Part shown: positions 1-9,438 of the stretch, piece by piece
Position numbering within the stretch: the stretch's first letter is position 1
Layout of the letters: every line of letters starts with the position of its first letter
From: Alphaproteobacteria bacterium
GTDB lineage: Bacteria; Pseudomonadota; Alphaproteobacteria; Bin95
NCBI GenBank assembly: GCA_965205265.1
Contig: CBDBGH010000003.1
Coordinates: 4,224,001 to 4,288,000, forward strand
Direction of reading: 5' to 3'
Length of the DNA: 64,000 bases
Notes under the pieces: model-generated
The model's database searches: none
Told to the model about the DNA's origin: nothing
The model's input: the letters and a program-made list of their open reading frames with translations, nothing else
Position numbers and translations under genes: made by a program

Positions 1-682
1 GCCCGTCCGCTTCCAGCGCGACCGGCACGGAGTTGTCCGCAAACTCCGCCCCCAGCACATCCGCGAGCCGCGCGAGCGGGTCGGAGGCCGCAGCCGAGGC
101 CCAGGCGCGGCGCCCGTCATGCTCCAGCGAAAAGGCCAGGGCCGGGCGTGCCATGGCGAGGCGCTTCAGCATGTCGGCGGCGGTGAGATATTCCGCGCGC
201 GCCGATTTCAGGAACTTCAGCCGCGCGGGCACGGCGCGGAAGAGCCCGGCCGCCTCGACCCGCGTGCCGCGCGCGCGGGCCGCGGGCTCGAGCGCGCCGA
301 TGTTGCCGTTGTCGACCGCGATGCGCCAGGCCTCGGACGCGCCGTCGGCCCGGCTGGTTATCGTGAGGCGCGAGACCGCGCCGATGGAAGGCAGCGCCTC
401 GCCGCGAAAGCCGAGCGTGCGGATATCCACAAGGTCGTCATCGGCGAGCTTGGAGGTGGCGTGGCGTTCGAGCGCGAGCGCCAGCTCGTCCCGCGCGATG
501 CCGGCGCCGTCGTCATCCACGGAAATCGAGGCCGCGCCCCCCTGGCGGAGCGCGCAGTCGATCCGCCGGGCGCCGGCGTCGATGGCGTTCTCGACCAGCT
601 CCTTGAGCGCGGAGGCCGGGCGTTCCACCACCTCTCCCGCCGCGATGCGGTTCACCACCGCTTCCGGCAGGCGGCGCAGCAT
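1..682 (-). CDS. mutL: DNA mismatch repair protein MutL (5' part; runs off the window)
   Basis: Not in the ORF track. Reverse-strand translation from ATG at 682 gives MLRRLPEAVVNRIAAGEVVERPASALKELVENAIDAGA, later RHATSKL and LGFRGEAL, the GHKL ATPase motifs of MutL. Start overlaps the pgi stop (TGATG). Confidence 0.96.
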   Translation of the reverse strand, partial: MLRRLPEAVVNRIAAGEVVERPASALKELVENAIDAGARRIDCALRQGGAASISVDDDGAGIARDELALALERHATSKLADDDLVDIRTLGFRGEALPSIGAVSRLTITSRADGASEAWRIAVDNGNIGALEPAARARGTRVEAAGLFRAVPARLKFLKSARAEYLTAADMLKRLAMARPALAFSLEHDGRRAWASAAASDPLARLADVLGAEFADNSVPVALEADG

Positions 683-1980
683 CAGCGCCGGCCCATGACG
701 CTGAGATAGTCCCGCGCCAGCGCCTTGCCCCACTCCACCGCCGGCTGGTCGAACGGATCGACGCCGAGCACATGCGCGGCGAGGATCGTTTCCAGCATGA
801 AGTGCATCATCAGCGCGCCGGCCGCCGTCTCGTCGATGCGCTCCAGATGCAGCTGCCTGACCGGCCGGCCCCGCTCCGCCAGGGTCTCGACGGTGGCCCG
901 CGCCTCCGCATCCAGCAGGTCGCCCATGCTGCGCCCGGCGAGCCAGGCGAGGCGCTCGTCCTCCACCAGCGCCGGCGGCACGATGCGTCCGCGCCCGGCG
1001 GTCTCGGCCGTCACCACGGTGAAGAGCTTGTCGTCCGGCCCGTCGAGCCAGAGCTGCAGCTGGCTGTGCTGGTCCACCGCGCCGAGCGCGGGCGCGGGCA
1101 GCGTGCCCTTGCCGTCCTTGCCGAGGCTCTCCGCCCAGAGCTGGCGGAACCACATGGCGAAGGGCGCGAGCCGGTCTGCATAGACCGCGAGCACCGCGCT
1201 CCGTCCGGCCCCGGCGCCGCAGGCGGCATTGAGCGCCGCGCCGAGCGCCGGATCGCTGGCGCCGGGCCGGGCGGCGTTCAGGCTCCGGTGCAGGACCAGA
1301 TGCGCGCCCTCGCGAAGCGCGGCCGGGTCGAGGCCGGCGATGACGGCCGGCAACAGGCCGACGGGTGTCAGCGCCGCATAGCGCCCGCCTATGCCGGGGT
1401 CATGGTCGATGACGAAAAATCCCCAGGATTCGGCGAGGCGCCGGAGCGGGCTGGCGCCGGGCTCGACGATCGCGGTCACATGCGGCGCGGCATTCTCGCG
1501 GCCGACGGCGTCCGCCAGCGCCTCTAGGCAGACCAGGCATTGCAGCAGCGTCTCGGCCGTGCCGCCCGACTTGGAAATGACGAGAAAGTCCGTGCGCGCG
1601 AGGTCGAGCGAGCGGAACAGGTGGTCGAAGGTGTGGGGGTCGATATTGTCGAGGAAGTGCAGCCGGGGCGAGTCGCCGCTCGGCCCGAAACCGGAATCGG
1701 CAAGCGCATAGAGCGCCTGCCCGCCGAGGCTGGACCCGCCCGTGCCGAGCACCACGACATCGTCGGCATGTTCGCGGTGGTGTTCGGCCCGCGCCTCGAT
1801 CATGGCGAGATCGCCCTGGGACTCGGCCACGCGCAGCAGCGCCAGGCTGCCGTCGTCATGGGCGCGCCTGAGCGCCGCCAGCCCCTCGCCCGCCGCCGCG
1901 AGCGCACGCTCGAAAGCCGCGCTTCCGGTGACCGGGGCACAGCGCGACAGGTCCTGGCGGTAGGGGAGGTCGCCCAGCAC
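682..1980 (-). CDS. pgi: Glucose-6-phosphate isomerase
   Basis: Motifs GTGGSSLG, SKSGGTAET, IGGRY, QLWAESLGK, DQHSQLQ, DPFDQPAVEWGK. Confidence 0.93.
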   Translation of the reverse strand: MLGDLPYRQDLSRCAPVTGSAAFERALAAAGEGLAALRRAHDDGSLALLRVAESQGDLAMIEARAEHHREHADDVVVLGTGGSSLGGQALYALADSGFGPSGDSPRLHFLDNIDPHTFDHLFRSLDLARTDFLVISKSGGTAETLLQCLVCLEALADAVGRENAAPHVTAIVEPGASPLRRLAESWGFFVIDHDPGIGGRYAALTPVGLLPAVIAGLDPAALREGAHLVLHRSLNAARPGASDPALGAALNAACGAGAGRSAVLAVYADRLAPFAMWFRQLWAESLGKDGKGTLPAPALGAVDQHSQLQLWLDGPDDKLFTVVTAETAGRGRIVPPALVEDERLAWLAGRSMGDLLDAEARATVETLAERGRPVRQLHLERIDETAAGALMMHFMLETILAAHVLGVDPFDQPAVEWGKALARDYLSVMGRR

Positions 1981-1997
1981 CGTCAGCGCCCCTCAGG

Positions 1998-2519
1998 CTA
2001 GCGGCGCTGGATCGTCGGCGTTTCGCCCTCGGTCGGCGGCTTGCCGAGCGCGGCGTTCTCCCGGAGCCGCTTGCTCTCCGCTTCCGCATCCACGACGCTC
2101 GCATGGCTCTTGCGGTCTTCCCAGAAGATCAGGTCGTCGAGCAGCCGACGGTTCTTTTCGGCGATCTCGGCGGTTTCCTCGTCGATGCGCCGGCGGAAAC
2201 TGCTGTCGACCTGGGCGCCGCCCACCTTCGAGAGCAGCGCCGACTCGCCTGCCGACCGCGCCCCCGCGCCGCCGGCCGTCCCGCCCGTCAGGGCCTGCTT
2301 GGCGCTCTCGCGCGGCGCAACCTGCTGCGGGCGCACCGCGCCGGGGTCGGGCGGGCGAAGGCGGTAGTCGGGCGGCAGGGTGAGCGGCGCATGGCTCTGG
2401 ACCTGGAATTCGTCCGGCCCCTCGCGTTCGAGGCCGAGGGTCCGGGCCACGTCGCAGGCGCCGAGCGCAAACGCCGCGCCCGCAAGCAGTGCCATCGTCC
2501 GGATCGTCATGCGCTTCAT
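1998..2519 (-). CDS. DUF3035 family lipoprotein
   Basis: Lipobox LGAC and PDEFQV..APLTLPPDY motif; the usual gene after lspA in alphaproteobacteria. Confidence 0.85.
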   Translation of the reverse strand: MKRMTIRTMALLAGAAFALGACDVARTLGLEREGPDEFQVQSHAPLTLPPDYRLRPPDPGAVRPQQVAPRESAKQALTGGTAGGAGARSAGESALLSKVGGAQVDSSFRRRIDEETAEIAEKNRRLLDDLIFWEDRKSHASVVDAEAESKRLRENAALGKPPTEGETPTIQRR

Positions 2520-3001
2520 CCCTTCCCGCCGCCGGTTTCTCCGGCCCGCCGGCCGCGCCCGAACAGGGTTTCGAACAACAGCATGGCGACGCCGACGGTG
2601 ATCGCGGAATCGGCCAGATTGAAGGCATACCAGTGCCAGCCGCCGATATGGAAGTCAAGGAAGTCCACCACCGCGCCGCGCGTCAGCCGGTCGAGGATAT
2701 TGCCGGCGGCGCCGCCGGCCACGGCGCCGAGCGCAAGCGCCTCGAACCGCCGGTCGGAGCGCAGCATCCACACGACCAGAACGACCGCCACCGCCGCCGC
2801 GATCGCCGCCAGCAGGAGCGGGCCGGCCGCCCCGAACAGGCCGAAGCTCACCCCCCGGTTCCAGACCAGCACGATATCCAGGAACGGCAGGACCTCGACC
2901 GGCAGGCCCGCATGGGCCGCCAGCACCCAGAGCTTGGTCGCCTGGTCCGCAGCGAAGACGGCGGCGGCGGCGGCCAGCCCCCAGACCCGCGGCCCACTCA
3001 T
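2516..3001 (-). CDS. lspA: Lipoprotein signal peptidase II
   Basis: DQATK, WNRGVSFG, GNILDR, AVVDF and AFNLAD motifs. Confidence 0.95.
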   Translation of the reverse strand: MSGPRVWGLAAAAAVFAADQATKLWVLAAHAGLPVEVLPFLDIVLVWNRGVSFGLFGAAGPLLLAAIAAAVAVVLVVWMLRSDRRFEALALGAVAGGAAGNILDRLTRGAVVDFLDFHIGGWHWYAFNLADSAITVGVAMLLFETLFGRGRRAGETGGGKG

Positions 3002-3003
3002 GC

Positions 3004-3443
3004 GGCCGGTGGCCTGTGGTTAGTGGCCAGTGAATGGTGGATAGCGGCCCCGCATTGTCCTCCTTCGCCGCATTTGCGGAGGAGGCCGGGTAACGGGTCC
3101 CCGATACCGGGATGCCCGGTACAGGACTCATGCTGGAGGTATTGCGTTATCCCCCCTCCCGCTCTGCGGGAGGGGCCGGGGGAGGGTCTCTCGGCGCGAC
3201 GGGCCTTTGCCGGCCTTCGCCTGCCGTCACGTCGAACGCGGCGAACGTTACGAATGGCGGCGCCCGCGCCGCCGCTTCCGCTGGCGCGGAAGCGGGCCCC
3301 CACCCGGCCTCCCCCGCAAGCGGGGGAGGAGGACTTCGGCGGCAGCCGGAACGGGTTCCAATCGACGGTCGTCGGCATTGCCCCGACCCCCATCACCGGA
3401 CGGGAGAGGGAGACCGCTATCCACTGGCCACCGGCCACTGCCT
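3004..3443. repeat. Composite intergenic repeat element: inverted heptamer arrays enclosing GC-rich palindromes
   Basis: Heptamers ggccggt/ggcctgt/ggttagt/ggccagt/gaatggt/ggatagc (3004-3045) and the inverted set gctatcc/actggcc/accggcc (3416-3436). Internal hairpins cccctcccgctctgcgggagggg (~3153-3175) and cctcccccgcaagcgggggagg (3308-3329). Confidence 0.8.
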
Positions 3444-6251
3444 TCAGGCAGCCGCTTCCGGCGGCGGCGGGCGGATCGCGTCGGCGCAGCGCCCGCAGAT
3501 ATCCGCGCCCGCCTTGCCCACATCCGGCAGGCGGCGCCAGCAGCGGGCGCAGCGTTCGTCCCCGGAGGCGCGGGGCAGAACCGCCACGCCCTCCACCTCT
3601 TCCAGCCGGAAGGCGTCGGCAGGCGGCTCGCCCTCGCCGAAGGCCAAGGTCGAGACGATGGCGATCTCCGCGAGGTCGAGGCCCTCGAGCGCCGCCCGGC
3701 GCTCCGGGGCGAGCCAGACCACGGGCGCGGCCTCGAGGCCCGAGCGCATGCGCTTGGCGGCGCGCTCGCGTTCGATCGCCCCCGTCACCACCCGCCTGAC
3801 GGCGCGGACATCCGCCCAGCGGGCCGCCAGCGCCTCGTCCCGCCAGTCTTCCGGCACTTCGGGGAACTGGCGCAGATGCACGGACTCGCCCGCGGCGTCG
3901 CCGTGGCGCGCAAGCCAGGCTTCCTCGGCGGTGAAGCAGAGGATGGGCGCGGTCCAGGCGGTCAGGCAGTCGAACAGCAGGTCGAGCACGGTCCGGGCCG
4001 ACCGGCGCGCGAGGCTCGATGCCGGATCGCAATAGAGCACGTCCTTGCGGATATCCAGATAGAAGGCCGAAAGGTCCACGGCGCAGAAATTGTGCAGCGC
4101 CGTCCACATGGCGTGGAAGTCGTAGTCCTCGATGGCGCGGCGCACCAGCCGGTCGAGCTCCCGGAGCCGGTGCAGCACCCAGCGCTCCAACTCCGGCATG
4201 TCGGCGGGCGCCACGCGCTCGGCCGCATCGAAGCCCGAGAGATTGCCGAGCAGGTAGCGCAGCGTGTTGCGGATGCGCCGGTAGAGCTCCGCCTGGTGCT
4301 TCAGGATGTTCTCGCCGATGCGTAGGTCGTCGGAATAGTCGGCCGAGACCGTCCAGATGCGCAGGATGTCGGCGCCGTAGCGGTCGATGACCTCCTGCGG
4401 GGCGGTCACATTGCCGAGCGATTTCGACATTTTGCGCCCGTCCTCGTCGAGCACGAAACCGTGCGTCAGCACGGTGTCGAAGGGCGCGCGGCCGCGGGTG
4501 CCGGCGGCCTCCAGCAGCGAGGAATGGAACCAGCCCCGGTGCTGGTCGGAGCCTTCGAGATAGAGCGAGGCCGGCCAGCGCTGGGTCTCGTTGCCCTCCA
4601 GCACGAAGGCGTGGGTCGAGCCCGAGTCGAACCACACTTCCACAATGTCCTGCACCTGGTCCCAGTCTTCCGGGTCGCGGCCGGGGCCGAGGAAATGCGA
4701 GGCCGGCAGCTCGAACCAGGCGTCGCCGCCGCGCTCGCGGAAGGCGGCGAGCACCCGCTCGTTGACCGCCTCGTCGCGCAGGACCTCCCCGGTTTCCCGG
4801 TGGGTGAACACCGGGATCGGCACCCCCCAGGCGCGCTGGCGGGAGACGCACCAGTCCGGCCGGCCCTCGATCATGGAGCCGAGCCGGCGGCGCCCGCTTT
4901 CCGGCACGAAGCGGGTCTCGGCGACGGCCCTGAGCGCCTTGTCGCGCAGCCCGTTGGTCTCCATGGAGATGAACCACTGCGTCGTCGCGCGGAAGATGAG
5001 CGGCGCGCGCGAGCGCCAGGAATGCGGATAGCTGTGCTGCAGCTTGCCTTGGCCCAGCAGCGCGCCCGCCCCTTCCAGCGCGGCGATGACGGCCTCGTCC
5101 GCTCCGCCCGGCCTGCCCTCGGCCGTCAGCACGCGCGCGCCCGCGAAATGCGGCACATGGCTGCGATAGACGCTGTCGCCGTCGAGATAGTCGGTGACCT
5201 CGAGGCCGTTGGCGGTGCCGAGGTTGAAGTCGTCCGCGCCGTGGCCGGGCGCGATATGCACCACGCCCGTGCCCTGGTCCATGGTGACGAAATCGGCGGC
5301 CATGACCGGCGATTCCGTGGTGTAGCCGAGCGATGCCAGCGGATGCGCGGCGACCGCACCCACGAGCTCCGCCCCCTTGCAGCGTCCGAGCACCTCATGG
5401 TCCTCGAAGCCGCAATCCGCGAGGAAGGCGCCGAGCCTCTCCTCGGCGACGATCAGCGCGTCCTCGCGGTCCGGCACGGCGACGCGCACATAGTCCGCCC
5501 CGGCCGCCACGGCGAGGCCGCGATTGCCGGGAATCGTCCAGGGCGTGGTCGTCCAGATGACGAGCGCGGCCGGCCCGTCCAGGCCGCGCAGCACCGGCAT
5601 GGCGACATGGATCCAGGGCGAGACATGGTCGTGATACTCGACCTCGGCGTCGGCGAGCGCGGTCTTCTCCGCGACCGACCAGAGCACCGGCTTCATGCCC
5701 CGGTAGAGGCCTCCGTTCATGACATAGCGGCAGATTTCGCCGGCGATCGCCGCCTCCGCCCCGTTGGACATGGTGGTGTAGTAGTTGTCCCAGTCGCCGA
5801 GCACGCCCAGGCGCTTGAACTCCTCGCGCTGGGTGTCGATCCAGAGCGCGGCGAACTCGCGGCATTCGCGGCGGAACTCGAGGATCGGCACCGCGTCCTT
5901 GTCGCGGCCGCCGGCGCGGTAGTCCTCCTCGACCTTCCACTCGATCGGCAGGCCGTGGCAGTCCCAGCCGGGGATGTAGTGGGCGTCCATGCCGGTCATC
6001 TGCCGGCTGCGGTTGATGACGTCCTTCAGGATCTTGTTGAGCGCATGGCCGATATGCAGGTGGCCGTTCGCATAGGGCGGGCCGTCATGGAGGATGAACT
6101 TCTCGCGCCCGCGTGCGTCCTCGCGCTGGCGGGCGAACAGGTCCCCGGCCTCCCAGCGGGCCAGGATCTGCGGCTCGCGCGCAGCGAGGCCGGCGCGCAT
6201 CGGGAAATCCGTCTTCGGCAGGAAGACGGTGTCGCGGTAATCCTGGGTCAT
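3444..6251 (-). CDS. ileS: Isoleucine--tRNA ligase
   Basis: HIGH and KMSKS motifs, GWDCHGLP, WTTTPWT, C-terminal CxxC...CxxC zinc finger. Confidence 0.98.
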   Translation of the reverse strand: MTQDYRDTVFLPKTDFPMRAGLAAREPQILARWEAGDLFARQREDARGREKFILHDGPPYANGHLHIGHALNKILKDVINRSRQMTGMDAHYIPGWDCHGLPIEWKVEEDYRAGGRDKDAVPILEFRRECREFAALWIDTQREEFKRLGVLGDWDNYYTTMSNGAEAAIAGEICRYVMNGGLYRGMKPVLWSVAEKTALADAEVEYHDHVSPWIHVAMPVLRGLDGPAALVIWTTTPWTIPGNRGLAVAAGADYVRVAVPDREDALIVAEERLGAFLADCGFEDHEVLGRCKGAELVGAVAAHPLASLGYTTESPVMAADFVTMDQGTGVVHIAPGHGADDFNLGTANGLEVTDYLDGDSVYRSHVPHFAGARVLTAEGRPGGADEAVIAALEGAGALLGQGKLQHSYPHSWRSRAPLIFRATTQWFISMETNGLRDKALRAVAETRFVPESGRRRLGSMIEGRPDWCVSRQRAWGVPIPVFTHRETGEVLRDEAVNERVLAAFRERGGDAWFELPASHFLGPGRDPEDWDQVQDIVEVWFDSGSTHAFVLEGNETQRWPASLYLEGSDQHRGWFHSSLLEAAGTRGRAPFDTVLTHGFVLDEDGRKMSKSLGNVTAPQEVIDRYGADILRIWTVSADYSDDLRIGENILKHQAELYRRIRNTLRYLLGNLSGFDAAERVAPADMPELERWVLHRLRELDRLVRRAIEDYDFHAMWTALHNFCAVDLSAFYLDIRKDVLYCDPASSLARRSARTVLDLLFDCLTAWTAPILCFTAEEAWLARHGDAAGESVHLRQFPEVPEDWRDEALAARWADVRAVRRVVTGAIERERAAKRMRSGLEAAPVVWLAPERRAALEGLDLAEIAIVSTLAFGEGEPPADAFRLEEVEGVAVLPRASGDERCARCWRRLPDVGKAGADICGRCADAIRPPPPEAAA

Positions 6252-6317
6252 GGGGGTTCGCCGTTTGCCGGGTCGCTGGGGAATGGGCGCCGCCGGATTG
6301 CGGGCGCCCCGGAAGCC

Positions 6318-6734
6318 TCAGTCCGACCGGTGCATGCGCTCGCTCCGCTCATGGCGCTCCTGCGCCTGGATGGAGAGCGTCGCGATCGGCCGGGCTTCCA
6401 GCCGGCCGAGGTCTATAGGTTCGTCGGTCTGCTCGCAATAGCCGTATGTGCCCTCGTCGATCCGCCTGAGCGCCTGGTCGATCTTGGCGATCAGCTTGCG
6501 CGCCCGGTCCCGCGTGCGGAGCGCCAGGCGCTTGTCGGTCTCGAGCGAAGCGCGCTCGCCGTCATCCGCCACCCGGAGGCTTTCGCTCTGGAGCTGGTGT
6601 ACGGTCTCGGAGGAGTCCCGGATCAGGCGGTCCTTCCAGTCGAGCAGCTTCAGCCGGAAATATTCCTGCTGCAACGGGTTCATGAAATCTTCGCTTCTGG
6701 AAGGCCTATAGTCGGGAGGCAGCGAAACCCCCAT
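6318..6734 (-). CDS. dksA: RNA polymerase-binding transcription factor DksA
   Basis: LPPDYRPS..E.FMN N-terminus, RTRDRARKLI, YGYCE..DEPI..RLEARP.ATL; the one-Cys alphaproteobacterial type. Confidence 0.93.
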   Translation of the reverse strand: MGVSLPPDYRPSRSEDFMNPLQQEYFRLKLLDWKDRLIRDSSETVHQLQSESLRVADDGERASLETDKRLALRTRDRARKLIAKIDQALRRIDEGTYGYCEQTDEPIDLGRLEARPIATLSIQAQERHERSERMHRSD

Positions 6735-6890
6735 GGAACACCCCGCACATTTCCGCCGACGGGCCGGAAGCTACACGGGCGCGCCCCGGTGAGTCAACGC
6801 CGTTGGCGGCCGGCGGCCGGTGGATAGCGCCCGGCCCTCGCGAAAGCGGAGGCCGCCCGGCCCGAATAGCGCCGCCCCGGCCCAAAATGG

Positions 6891-7009
6891 TGTCGCCCCG
6901 GCCCCCGAGCGGGGCCTCCTCCGAGCGGCGCGGCCGGTACCTCCCGCGGCGGGCGGCGGCGCCGCAGGGAGACCCCGACTCTGCGCTCCGCTCCGGCCGG
7001 GGTGACGCA
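6891..7009. repeat. REP-like palindromic doublet (GTCRCCCCGG family)
   Basis: tgtcgccccggcccccgagcggggcctcc ... ggagaccccg...ggccggggtgacgca in inverted orientation; same family as 57410-57510 and 47086-47112. Confidence 0.7.
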
Positions 7010-7379
7010 AAGAGGCCCCGGCCAGCCCAAAGAGCGTCGCTCCGGCCCGCGGCCCGTCTCGCAATCGTTCTTCACTTGTCAAACAGCGATGCCGCGCCGT
7101 TGCCGGCGCGAGCGGATAGTCCCGACCGTCCCGGACGGCCGCTCCCGTCCGCCGGCGTCGATGTCAGCCGACCGTACGCCGGCGTCTTTTTCGTCTTCAA
7201 ATCTTCCAACTTCGGTGCGGCGGCCCCTCGCGCCGGGCGCACCTCGCCTGTCCTGAGACAAGCGATTTCCGGAGTCGGCCGCGGCATCGGGAGGGCGCGG
7301 CCGCTCCGTTACCCGAACCTGTCCCTGGCTGCCCGCATGGCCTCACTCCTCCGGGCCGTTCCGGCCCTGTATATGGCCC

Positions 7380-7407
7380 AATATAGATCTATTTTCCTAT
7401 ATGTCAA
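7380..7407 (-). promoter_or_regulatory. Putative sigma70 promoter
   Basis: Minus strand TTGACA-N16-TATATT in an AT-rich patch, followed by a GGAGGAG RBS and a 9-codon ORF (MRAARDRFG). Confidence 0.55.
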
Positions 7408-7505
7408 GCTCAATAGAGAACATTTTTGAATATCCAGCAAATCCAAGAGCTTGCAGGCACGCATCCCGGCCCCTTCCTTGCAATCCCGTGTCATGCCCGT
7501 CGCGG

Positions 7506-9377
7506 TCAAGGCCGATCCAAAGCCTCCGCCACGTCCCGCCAATGTGGAAACAAAGGCAAGCAACAAAGGTGAAAAACGAACCAGCACGCATAGACGGCAT
7601 CCGCATCATGACACGCGTCGTCAAACATCGAACCGTGCACGACCTGATTTCTGAGCGCAGGTCCACCACGAAAATTGAACAGGTTGTCGATCTCGAAAAC
7701 AATTGCCGGGCCGAAGATTTTTTCAAGCGCCTCCCGCTCATTATCGAGCAAGCCCGATAGGGAGCGGTTTTCCTGCGTCATGTTGTTATGAATTACCGAA
7801 GGGTCGATGCCATGTTGCTTCAGAACATATCGGAGAGAATTTTCGAGTTGCGGGACAAGAATATGCAGCGCCGATATGAAATCTCCCCCGAAGAAGCGAG
7901 CGAAACCCAATGCGAAAATATTTGCCCTGTTTTCGGGCACAAACGGGCTCATCTCTGCGATGGGGAAGAAATCTCTTTGATCCAACGGGTGTTCAATCTG
8001 GATCACCCACCTTGCTGGATCGATCTGTCCCTGTGCAACCAAGTTACGGCGTATGCCCTCATTACCGACAATTATGTGTCGAAGCGTAAGCGCACCATCT
8101 TCGTCATCACCAAGGATTCCGGGAGAAGTGGTGACTACCTTTCCTTCGTCATCGACTATCTGATGTGACATTATGCTGGACAAGGGATTTTCGTTTGTCT
8201 GCTTTCGCGCGGCCTCGCTCAGCGAATCCGGATCCGGAGATTTCTCCAGTGTGGCGAATCCAGCGAGCGCCTGTGCCAGACTCATACCGGCCACACGCCG
8301 TCGCGCATGGGTAACGTAGTCGGTCAAATCGATTTCAGTGGATACAGCACCCATTTCATCGAGAATTCCCGCCTGCGCTGCCAGAAGCGCCGTTTCCAAC
8401 TCCTGACGCCTATGGCCGGTATTGGGCACTCGCCTGAGCTCGGCAATCGCATCCATTAGGTGCTTCGCTGCGATCATTCCCCTGCCACCAGCGCCTTCAG
8501 CCATCGTGGCCAGGCATTCCGCTGCGGCGACAAGGCATTGGTCACGCCTTGGACCGTTTCCGGATTGCCCATATGCAGAGGCTGCCAATTTCAATAGGTC
8601 GCGCGACGACCGCGGGTGCGCTGTTTTCGACGACGCCCGAACTTCAGCGCGTTCGGCAATCATAATTGGATCGCCAATGCCAAAACGTAAAGAGATTTTA
8701 CCAATATCCAAAAACCCTTTATCGGCGTTGCGATTGAGGGTGTCGTCAAGGATAACTTGCATCAATCTCTTCAAAGATGACGATTCCGGTTCCTTCCAAC
8801 CGGTCGCTTGGGCAATTTGGCATGCGCGAAGAAGCATATCACAACCATCAGAGTCGATCGCAAGTCGATTCCCATTGAAAAATTCCGCTTTTCCATCGAA
8901 AACTAGTTGAACAGATTGACAATATGAGCCGATGGCCAGCTGCGCCATATAGGGTAATGCGCGATTGTTGATCCAAGCAATATCGGCCAATCGAGCACGG
9001 AGGCCGGGATTTCGTATAGTGGGTACAATCTCGGCAAAGACACTGGATTGATCGCCTCTGAGATCAGCAGGAATAATACCCCTCTTGCCATTCATAACGA
9101 ACATAGGACCGTAAGGTTCCGCCCCATCGTTGGGTTTGAAATGTATATTGGTAACGGCAGTCAGAAACTCAAACACTTGGGCTGCAGACTCGTTTCCGTT
9201 TTCTGTTTGTTTAGCGGCAGCGGTCTTGTAGAGGTCAGCTAGGGTCCAACAGTCCACATTGTTACTGTCGCGTATCGGGGCCTCGAAGTCTGCGGCGATA
9301 AAGTCATCCTTGGTGACGAGGGTAAGGCTCTGCGTCGAATCGGTACCTCGTGCCTCCTCGTCTGCATCTTCTGTCAC
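7506..9377 (-). CDS. DUF4209-like protein with C-terminal HEPN-type RxxxxH motif (putative nuclease or defence protein)
   Basis: 623-aa ORF, visibly AT-richer than its neighbours. C-terminus HILVPQLENSLR...FNFRGGPALRNQVVHG matches the DUF4209 pattern as I recall it. GTG start preceded by GAGGA. Confidence 0.75.
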   Translation of the reverse strand: MTEDADEEARGTDSTQSLTLVTKDDFIAADFEAPIRDSNNVDCWTLADLYKTAAAKQTENGNESAAQVFEFLTAVTNIHFKPNDGAEPYGPMFVMNGKRGIIPADLRGDQSSVFAEIVPTIRNPGLRARLADIAWINNRALPYMAQLAIGSYCQSVQLVFDGKAEFFNGNRLAIDSDGCDMLLRACQIAQATGWKEPESSSLKRLMQVILDDTLNRNADKGFLDIGKISLRFGIGDPIMIAERAEVRASSKTAHPRSSRDLLKLAASAYGQSGNGPRRDQCLVAAAECLATMAEGAGGRGMIAAKHLMDAIAELRRVPNTGHRRQELETALLAAQAGILDEMGAVSTEIDLTDYVTHARRRVAGMSLAQALAGFATLEKSPDPDSLSEAARKQTNENPLSSIMSHQIVDDEGKVVTTSPGILGDDEDGALTLRHIIVGNEGIRRNLVAQGQIDPARWVIQIEHPLDQRDFFPIAEMSPFVPENRANIFALGFARFFGGDFISALHILVPQLENSLRYVLKQHGIDPSVIHNNMTQENRSLSGLLDNEREALEKIFGPAIVFEIDNLFNFRGGPALRNQVVHGSMFDDACHDADAVYACWFVFHLCCLPLFPHWRDVAEALDRP

Positions 9378-9438
9378 CTGTCATTTCCTCGTGGAATGAA
9401 CAACGACCCCAACATCTATGCCGGTAAGGAAGCCACCC

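Noticed and set aside
4461-6827. Long antisense or alternate-frame ORFs (also 9418-11343, 12661-15003, 20146-22887, 25075-27159, 55500-58346)
   Set aside because: Shadow ORFs from high GC content opposite well-supported genes; no recognisable motifs.
7412-7432. Possible alphaproteobacterial LexA box (GAAC-N7-GAAC)
   Set aside because: The sequence is GAAC-N6-GAAT; spacing and second half-site do not fit.
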